From Octopus sinensis (taxonomy: Eukaryota), in the NCBI RefSeq assembly GCF_006345805.1, contig NW_021828971.1, positions 1-7,145 of the forward strand: a stretch of 7,145 nucleotides of DNA, written 5' to 3'. Shown piece after piece: positions 1 to 7,108 of this stretch; position 1 is the stretch's first letter; the number at the start of each line of letters is the position of its first letter. Position numbers and translations under genes: made by a program. A model generated the notes under the pieces. The model was not told the DNA's origin. It searched no databases and saw nothing but the letters and a program-made list of their open reading frames with translations.

Positions 1-355
1 GATGAAAGGCAAAGTCGACCTCGGCGAATTTGAACTCAGAACATAGCGGCAGACGAAGTACCTATTTCTTTATTACCCACAAAGGGCTAAACACAGAGGG
101 GACAAACAAAGACAAACAGGCTAAGCCGATTATATCGACCCCAGTGCGTAACTGGTACTTATTCAATCGACCCCGAAAGGATGAAAGGCAAAGTCGACCT
201 CGGCGAATTTGAACTCAGAACATAGCGGCAGACGAAGTACCTATTTCTTTATTACCCACAAAGGGCTAAACACAGAGGGGACAAACAAAGACAGACAAAC
301 AGGCTAAGCCGATTATATCGACCCCAGTGCGTAACTGCTACTTAATTTATCGACC
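1..355 (-). mobile_element. Tandem array (about 2 units visible, 179/183-bp period) of a 5'-truncated tRNA-derived SINE; runs off the window start
   Basis: GATGAAAGGCAAAGTCGACCTCGGCG occurs at 1 and 180. The second unit carries a 4-bp ACAG insertion. The minus strand has a B-box-like GTTCAAATTC (26-35 and 205-214), a central GCCGAGGTCGACTTTGCCTTTCATCCTTTCGGGGTCGAT block and an A-rich TAATAAAGAAAT tail. It resembles an abundant octopus SINE from recall. No A box is visible in the unit. Confidence 0.8.
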
Positions 356-650
356 TTCTATCTCTCTTTTTCTCTCTCTCTCACACATGGTATCTCTCAC
401 GCCCTTCTATCTCTTTCTTTCTCTCTCTCCCACATTGTATCTCTCACTCCCTTCTATCTCTCTCTTTCACTCTCTCTCTCTCCCACATTGTATCTCTCAC
501 TCCTCTATCTCTCTCTTTCTCTCTCTCTCCTATCTCTCTCACTCTCTCTCTATATATATATATATTTGTCCCTCTCTCTTTTTCACTCTCCCTCTCTCTT
601 TCTCTATACATCCATCTCCCTTCATCTCTCTGCTTTCCTCCCTCTCCAAC
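354..650. repeat. CT-rich low-complexity tract containing a 47-53-bp minisatellite
   Basis: CACAT(G/T)GTATCTCTCAC(G/T)CC recurs at 384, 431 and 484, separated by (CT)n. A short (TA)n lies at about 551-566. Confidence 0.9.
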
Positions 651-885
651 TCCCCTAAGCAAACTACAACCAATACCCTCACAGTATACACAACCATCAA
701 ATTTTAAACACTCCACATCATTTCCCCACTCCACTTTCACTCAAAATGCTACTCAAACTCGACATATGCACACTCAACAACCCACCACACTTCACCACAT
801 GCCCTACTTCACACACATACAAACGCATGCGCTCTCCGAGTTCCCTAAATACATTCGGTAGCCATTCGTTCATTATTTGGCACTA

Positions 886-1273
886 GTGGAGGCGCAATGG
901 CCCAGTGGTTAGGACATCGGGCTCGCGGTCATAGGATCACGGTTTCGATTCCCAGACCGGGCATTGTGAGTGTTTATTGAGCGAAAACACCTAAAGCTCC
1001 ACGAGGCTCCGGCAGGGGATGGTGGTGATCCCTGCTGTACTGTTTCACCACAACTTTCTCTCACTCTTACTTCCTGTTTCTGTTGTACCTGTATTTCAAG
1101 GGGCCGGCCTTGTCACTCTCTGTGTCACGCTGAATTATCCCCGAGAACTACGTTAAGAGTACACGTGGTGTGGAGTGCTCAGCCACTTACACGTTAATTT
1201 CACGAGCAGGCTGTTCCGTTGATTCGGATCAACCGGAACCCTCGTCGTCGTAACCGACGGAGTGCTTCCATCC
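886..1273 (+). mobile_element. Full-length tRNA(Arg-like)-derived SINE with 11-bp target-site duplication
   Basis: ATTTGGCACTA flanks the element at 875-885 and 1274-1284. A box TGGCCCAGTGG (898-908) and B-box-like GGTTTCGATTCCC (941-953) have tRNA spacing. The tail is a short TCCA repeat. The head aligns without gaps to a recalled eukaryotic tRNA-Arg sequence. Confidence 0.9.
898..953 (+). promoter_or_regulatory. RNA polymerase III internal promoter (A and B boxes) of the SINE
   Basis: TGGCCCAGTGG matches TRGCNNARYGG exactly. GGTTTCGATTCCC is one mismatch from GGTTCGANNCC-type B boxes. Confidence 0.8.
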
Positions 1274-1384
1274 ATTTGGCACTAATTGTTACACACAAGG
1301 ACCCAATAGTACGCTGCTCATATTTCCATGTCGTAACCATTTCACCAACCACTCTAACTACCACTCACGCTAAATCAACTACTA

Positions 1385-1473
1385 CTCTTCTCTCTCACTC
1401 TTTCCTCCTCTCTCTCTCTCTATCTATCTCTCTCTCTCTCTCACTATCTATCTATCTATCTCTGTCTCTCTCT
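1385..1473. repeat. (CT)n/(CTAT)n microsatellite
   Basis: Directly visible simple repeat. Confidence 0.95.
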
Positions 1474-1590
1474 AACATTGCGCTTGTGTGTTTAAACTCT
1501 GCGATTTTAATGCAGTTTGTTCTTTTCTCGCGCTGTTCCAATGTTCAAAGATGGTAATTTGCATATGATATGCTTAATTCGTTGTTTGTG

Positions 1591-1633
1591 ATGTATGTAT
1601 GTATGTATGTATGTATGTATGTATGCGTCTACG

Positions 1634-1671
<38 letters not shown>

Positions 1672-1788
1672 GATATTATATATATATATATATGTATCTA
1701 TCTATCTATATATATGTATTACATATATGTATATATATATATGTATTTCTATCTATCTATCTATCTATCTATATATATATATATATAT
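1591..1788. repeat. Compound (TATG)n-(TA)n-(TATC)n microsatellite
   Basis: Directly visible simple repeat. Confidence 0.95.
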
Positions 1789-1855
1789 GTAGGTCCGGGT
1801 TGAGTCGGGGTTAAACACAGTAAATAAGTTACTCAATACATAGCAGAGTAAATTA

Positions 1856-1982
1856 ATTTATTTTATAGAAGGAGCTTCTACAGGACTAGAACTGTTTCAT
1901 TCAAATGAAATCATCAGGAATTGATCATTTCATTTGAATGAAACAGTTCTAGTCCTGTAGAAGCTCCTTCTATAAAATAAAT
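1856..1982. repeat. Long inverted repeat (56-bp perfect arms)
   Basis: 1856-1911 is the exact reverse complement of 1927-1982. After one C/C mismatch (1912/1926), four more pairs form (ATCA 1913-1916 with TGAT 1922-1925), leaving a loop of 5 nt or less. Confidence 0.97.
1876..1920 (-). ncRNA. Type I hammerhead ribozyme motif (short helices I and II)
   Basis: The minus strand reads TTC-CTGATGA-T TTC ATTT GAA T-GAA-ACAG TTCTAGTC CTGT-A|GAA. Core CUGAUGA is at 1917-1911 and GAAA at 1898-1895. Helix III is ACAG/CTGT, the cleavage triplet is GUA (1881-1879), and helix I is TTC/GAA (3 bp only). Confidence 0.6.
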
Positions 1983-1983
1983 A

Positions 1984-2036
<53 letters not shown>

Positions 2037-2090
2037 CACACACATATATATATATAATGTAATTGTATTTATATATATATGTATATATAT
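1983..2090. repeat. (TA)n microsatellite
   Basis: Directly visible simple repeat. Confidence 0.95.
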
Positions 2091-2092
2091 TC

Positions 2093-2301
2093 CTTTATTC
2101 TTTTACTTGTTTCAGTCATTTGACTGAGCCATGCTGGAGCACCACTTTGAAGGGTTTGCTGAAATCTACCCCCAGGACTTATTTAAGCTCAGTAGATATT
2201 CTAACGCCTCTTTGTCGAGGAATTAACTTCCAGGACGTAAGCTCGCCAACACCGGCTGTCAATGCGGGAGGGACACGGACACAAAGACACGCACTCGCGC
2301 T
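2093..2301 (-). mobile_element. Diverged 3' fragment of the SINE family seen at 4851-5387
   Basis: 2099-2126 is an exact 28-nt reverse complement of 5343-5370. Degenerate similarity continues (CCATGCTGGAGCACC, ACCCCAGGAC, GGACGTAA, TGTCAA) up to the element's internal TA/TG microsatellite. The tRNA head is not found beyond that TA tract. Confidence 0.8.
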
Positions 2302-2312
2302 TATATATATGC

Positions 2313-2400
<88 letters not shown>

Positions 2401-2419
2401 ATATATTATATATATATAT
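2302..2419. repeat. (TA)n microsatellite at the position of the SINE-internal TA tract
   Basis: Directly visible; abuts the SINE fragment. Confidence 0.95.
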
Positions 2420-2771
2420 TTATAATTATTTTATATTTTTTCTATCTTCATTTTTTATAACTTTATATCTTTATACTCATTTATATTTTTTTATCCTTCG
2501 TCCTGAATTCTCGCCCCTCCATCTTTATCCCTATTTACTCTTATTACCAGGTTCCTTCACGTCTGTCTGTATTTATATATGTATAAATTTATTTATTCAT
2601 TTATTTATATTACCTCAACATCCAAACTTCCTCATTCTACATTGAGAGAAGGACGAGATGGACGCTTCATTTTTATGCTGTTGCCGCATTATGTCGTACG
2701 CGAATGAGAGGATTTGCATCCCCAACGTAGAATTTTTGATGTAATACATGTCCTTGAGGTAGTAATTGTGC

Positions 2772-2847
2772 GCGGCTGAAGAAGGCCATAGACACACATA
2801 TGCATTGTTATAAATCCGTCTAATAAAGGCCGAAACATATGTACCGC
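2772..2847 (+). ncRNA. Type I hammerhead ribozyme with palindromic minimal helix III (dimer-type, Penelope/retrozyme-like)
   Basis: Reads GCGG-CTGAAGA-A-GGCC...GGCC-GAA-ACATATGT-A|CCGC. Helix I is GCGG (2772-2775) with CCGC (2844-2847). Core CUGAAGA is at 2776-2782. Helix II is GGCC (2784-2787) with GGCC (2828-2831), extendable by TAGAC/GTCTA. GAAA is at 2832-2835, the perfect palindrome ACATATGT at 2835-2842, and the GUA cleavage site is after 2843. Confidence 0.85.
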
Positions 2848-2965
2848 TGAATCCTTGGCATCATGTTTTTATTTTGATTAATTTACTCCACCACCTACAC
2901 CACCAAACGGTATATACAGGTGTTTACAATTATCAAGTACTCACCCTGAATTTCTGTACCCAACT
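2772..2965 (+). mobile_element. Probable Penelope-like or retrozyme terminal fragment carrying the hammerhead (5' boundary unresolved)
   Basis: The hammerhead is followed by an AT-rich tail sharing ATTAATTTACTC (2877-2888) with the element at 1789-1982. Family assignment rests on the ribozyme architecture only. Confidence 0.45.
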
Positions 2966-2966
2966 T

Positions 2967-3021
<55 letters not shown>

Positions 3022-3024
3022 TAT

Positions 3025-3123
<99 letters not shown>

Positions 3124-3180
3124 TGTATGTAGGTAGGTAGGTAGATTGGTAGGTAGGTAGGTAGGTAGGTAGGTAGGTAT
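2966..3180. repeat. Compound (TA)n-(TAGA)n-(TAGG)n microsatellite
   Basis: TA runs to about 3019, TAGA about 3025-3122, and TAGG about 3129-3178. Confidence 0.97.
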
Positions 3181-3535
3181 TGCAGGAAATAATTTTTGCC
3201 TCTTTTTATGGCGAGAAAAGTGTTTATCAGTCTGCAAAAAAGAAGTGCTTAAATGTAATTGAGACAGAGATAACAAATAGTGACTATGAAACCAACTTCA
3301 AATTCGAGTCAACGACCTTATATATTACACCACGCCTCCAAACATTTAATCAGATATAAATATTACCATGGCCTTTAAACATATAAAAAGTATACATATA
3401 CCAAAAATCCAGAAGGTAAAAAATATATATGTAAATAAAAAGACAGATATATAGAACTGCCTATCAAGAAGGAATTTACAATCGATTAAATATTCTAAAT
3501 CGTGTCATGCGGCTAAAAATCTAAATATAATAAAA

Positions 3536-4060
3536 CTAGCAGTATCGCCCGGCGTTGCTCGGGTTTGTAAGGGAAATAACTATATAAGCATTTTTAGTGA
3601 GTTATAGCAAAAAAAATTGCAAAAAAATGCATTAAAAATGGAATAAAAAATGATGGTAATTTTGGTGTCTTCAAGCCATGAAGTCGTTGTTCTAAAAGAA
3701 CGCTGGTCTCCTTGACAACGCTTTACGACGTTGATTTCCTTACACTCCCCTCCCCACAGCTTCATGAGGGAAGGAAGAAGGGAGAGAAGCAACACAGGTG
3801 CAGCTGTGAGCGTGGACGCCAACTCCGCCGCCATCGACACACGAAAAAATATGCGTTAAAATGGAAAAAAATGATGTTAAATTATTTTTAAAATCATAGA
3901 CTCATCGTAGACGCGCGCTAATACCCAGACGGCTCGATATGAATCACGACTATAAGATACCCGCTTTTGGTTAAAACTGCAGCACCAAAATGTGGGAGTA
4001 GTTAGGAATCTAAATCGTAGGAGACAGACACTCACACAACTACAGTTTTATATATATAGA
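3536..4060 (-). mobile_element. Non-autonomous Helitron, copy A (525 bp)
   Basis: On the minus strand it starts TCTATATATATAAAAC (4060) and ends with hairpin CCCG-A-GC-AAC-GC-CGGG (3563-3548), an 8-nt spacer and CTAG (3539-3536), followed by a host T. There is no TSD and no TIR. Confidence 0.9.
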
Positions 4061-4573
4061 CTAGCAGTATCGCCCGGCGTTGCTCGGGTTTGTAAGGGAA
4101 ATAACTATATAAGCATTTTTAGAGAGTTACTTCCCTTATAGATGCCAATTCGGGCTTTCTTAGCCATTTCTGTTTTGGTGTCTTCAAGCCATGAAGTCGT
4201 TGTTCTAAAAGAACGCTGGTCTCCTTGACAACGCATTACGACGTTGATTTCCTTACACTCCCTTCCCCACAGCTTCACGAGGGAGGGAAGAAGAGGGAGA
4301 AGCAAACAGGTGCAGGTGTGACCATGGATGCCTACTCCGCCGCCATCGACACACGAAAAATTATGCATTAAAATGGAATAAAAAATGATGTTAAATTATT
4401 TTTAAAATCGTAGACTCATCGTAGACGCGCGCTAATACTCAGACGGGCTTGGTATGAATCACGACTATAAGATACCCGAATTTGGTTAAACTGCACCGCA
4501 AAATGTAGGAGTAGTTAGGAATCTAAATCGGAGGAGACAGACACTCACACAACTACAGTTTTATATATATGGA
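4061..4573 (-). mobile_element. Non-autonomous Helitron, copy B (513 bp), directly abutting copy A
   Basis: On the minus strand it is preceded by a host A (4574), starts TCCATATATATAAAAC (4573) and ends with the same hairpin (4088-4073) and CTAG (4064-4061). It is homologous to copy A except for one block. Confidence 0.9.
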
Positions 4574-4850
4574 TATCAATTGACTAAAGGAAAAATATAT
4601 TTTTCTTATTCCCCTCAAACAAAAAATATGGCAAAAAAGTTCATTTTATAAAATGGTATGTTGGAGTCCAAGAGCAAAAAGATTTCCACACAATCAAGTC
4701 AAACACATCTTATGGCCATTTCGGGAGTTCACTGCCGTGGTTCGATTACGTGTTAAGTGCATCTCGGCAATGACTCCCTCATCGGGATGAGCAGGAATCT
4801 CAACAACAAAAAAGGGTTTTTGATGCCAATCTCTATCAAGTAGTTTGATA

Positions 4851-5387
4851 GGCGCAGGAGTGGCTGTGTGGTAAGTAGCTTGCTAACCAACCACATGGTT
4901 CCGGGTTCAGTCCCACTGCGTGGCGTCTTGGACAAGTGTCTTCTGCTATAGCCCCGGGCCGGCCAATGCCTTGTGAGTGGATTTGGTAGACGGAAACTGA
5001 AAGAAGCCTGTCGTATATATGTATATATATATATGTATATGTGTATGTGTGTGTCTGTGTTTGTCCCCCTAGCATTGCTTGACAACCGATGCTGGTGTGT
5101 TTACGTCCCCGTCACTTAGCGGTTCGGCAAGTGTCTTCTGCTATAGCCCCGGGCCGGCCAATGCCTTGTGAGTGGATTTGGTAGACGGAAACTGAAAGAA
5201 GCCTGTCGTATATATGTATATATATATATATGTATATGTGTAGGTGTGTGTATGTGTTTGTCCCCCTAGCATTGCTTGACAACCGATGCTGGTTGTCCCG
5301 GGGTCGAGTTGCTCGACTAAAGGCGGTGCTCCAGCATGGCCGCAGTCAAATGACTGAAACAAGTAAAAGAGTAAGAGTAAAAGAGTA
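4851..5387 (+). mobile_element. tRNA-derived SINE (CORE-like segment after the head) with an internal duplication and deletion
   Basis: A-box-like TGGCTGTGTGG (4861-4871), B-box-like GGTTCAGTCCC (4904-4914), then CTTGGACAAGTG resembling the start of the CORE domain (recall). It has an internal TA/TG microsatellite and a (A)AAGAGT-repeat tail ending at 5387. 4933-5096 is duplicated at 5128-5293. No clear TSD was found. Confidence 0.88.
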
Positions 5388-5642
5388 TACCAGGATGGAA
5401 TTGTAGACTGGTAAATTTCTGGGGACAAGTACCACCGATGCAACAGGAAGAACTCTGACTTTTAATGACGAATTCTCTTCCGGAACTCCCGCAAAATCTC
5501 CAGCTTATTTCGATCTCTTCTCTTAATCGTCAAAATCAATAACTATTCTGGAAGGGTATATTTAAACGTTTGGACGCGTAAGTGGATATAACCGCTCAGA
5601 ATTTCATTGCCGGTAACTGCGGTTACATCATCATTTTTCGGT

Positions 5643-5720
5643 CACACATACATACGTATATACATACATATATACATACATATATAGATATATATATGAT
5701 ATATATATATATAATATATA

Positions 5721-5751
<31 letters not shown>

Positions 5752-5892
5752 CATATATATATGTATGTATATATATATATACATTTATACATATGTATAT
5801 ACATATATATAACATATATATATGTATATATATATATATAATATATATATATAATTATATATATATATGTATAATATATATACATACTATAC

Positions 5893-5945
<53 letters not shown>

Positions 5946-5969
5946 ATATATATATATATATATATATAT
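5643..5969. repeat. (TACA)n-(TA)n microsatellite
   Basis: Directly visible simple repeat. Confidence 0.97.
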
Positions 5970-6225
5970 GGTGAAAAGTAGAATAAAGATACGATTTTCT
6001 TCGTGCATATTAACTGTTGTAGTTAAAAGCTGTGAATTTTTTGAAATTCTACGAAAGTTTTGTTGGATTTACCTGTAATACAGAAGGATTTACCTGAGAT
6101 TTCTATTCTACCTACGTTTATTGGTATCTGATCGTTGGAAATATGACCCATATTCTTTTATAGTGAGGGCTTAATTGATATATGCCAGGATTTTTTAATC
6201 CCAATTTTTCTTTTGGGTGCGTGTG

Positions 6226-6292
6226 TGAGAGACAGAGAGAGAAATGGGGAGACAGAGAGAGAGAGAGGGGGGAAGGGGCGACAGAGAGAGGG
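6226..6292. repeat. (GA)n-rich purine tract
   Basis: Directly visible simple repeat. Confidence 0.9.
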
Positions 6293-6590
6293 AAAACATT
6301 TGTGTGACCCAACTTATCTCAGAAATAAGCGATGGTATTACTTCCAAGTGCTGTGTCAGTCGTATCGGTGGAAGCACGTTTCGGCGCTGTTCTAACCAAA
6401 GAGACGAATTCTTGTTTATTCAGATTGCAATTGTAATGGCAATCTACAGGAATATCTGAACAGTGATAACAACACGAACATTTTGTTTTACTTTATATCA
6501 TTTGTTTGGGGGTTTATTATTTTTTCCTTGGAAATAACATCACAACATCGGCGCCATATTCTTTCCTAAGAAAGAAACAACTCCAATGAG

Positions 6591-6636
6591 TACGTACGTG
6601 TGTATGTATGTATGTACATATATATAAATGTATATA

Positions 6637-6680
<44 letters not shown>

Positions 6681-6734
6681 TATATATATATATATATATA
6701 TAATATATGTATATATATATATAGATATATATAT

Positions 6735-6768
<34 letters not shown>

Positions 6769-6814
6769 CATATATACATATATATATATATATATCTATA
6801 TATATATATATATA

Positions 6815-6852
<38 letters not shown>

Positions 6853-7061
6853 TTTATATATTGGTATGTATGTATGTAGTTATGTATGTATGTATTTATG
6901 TATGTATGCATGTATGTACGTATGTAAGTATATATATATATATATTTATGTATGTATATATACATACTCTCTCTCTGTATATATATATATATATACACAC
7001 ACACGCACACACACAAACATGGTAGTCAAAATGAAATCTTACATTCCTACACTTAAATATG

Positions 7062-7108
<47 letters not shown>
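6591..7108. repeat. Compound (TATG)n/(TA)n/(CA)n microsatellite field with a short unique interruption (about 7019-7056)
   Basis: Directly visible simple repeats. Confidence 0.95.

Larger units (their letters stand above)
1789..1982 (-). mobile_element. Probable Penelope-like element or retrozyme terminal fragment with an inverted partial duplication
   Basis: The minus strand carries a hammerhead motif followed by an AATAAA-containing AT-rich tail running to about 1789. An inverted copy of part of it lies at 1922-1982. Hammerheads in pseudo-LTRs and inverted terminal segments are known features of Penelope-like elements. No RT or GIY-YIG coding sequence is visible. Confidence 0.55.

Noticed and set aside
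1-355. CRISPR-like or prokaryotic repeat array
   Set aside because: Whole units are repeated with no unique spacers, and the context is clearly eukaryotic.
891-962. tRNA gene
   Set aside because: There is no convincing acceptor stem and no poly-T terminator, and it continues into a 388-bp TSD-flanked body, so it is a SINE head.
3494-4018. TCTAAATCGT in both the Helitron flank (3494-3503) and the element (4009-4018)
   Set aside because: It is a 10-nt AT-rich match, not at a terminus, and Helitrons make no TSD.
3580-4368. Paired minus-strand ORFs as a real gene
   Set aside because: They lie inside the two Helitron copies, and their N-terminal frames differ through an indel.
4778-4791. CTCATC-GG-GATGAG hairpin resembling a hammerhead core
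   Set aside because: GATGAG is preceded by GG rather than CT, and a short hairpin like this is expected by chance.
4835-5400. TSD around the rearranged SINE
   Set aside because: No flanking direct repeat longer than 2-3 nt was found.
6065-6096. Direct repeat GGATTTACCTG twice (splice-donor-like CAGGTAAAT on the minus strand)
   Set aside because: No supporting exon or open frame could be identified; probably a small local duplication.
6370-6430. Third hammerhead (CCGAAACGTG on the minus strand at about 6375-6384)
   Set aside because: There is no upstream CUGANGA and no helix III or NUH site.
6422-6445. AGATTGC...GCAATCT 7-bp hairpin
   Set aside because: It is too short to distinguish from background, with no associated motif.
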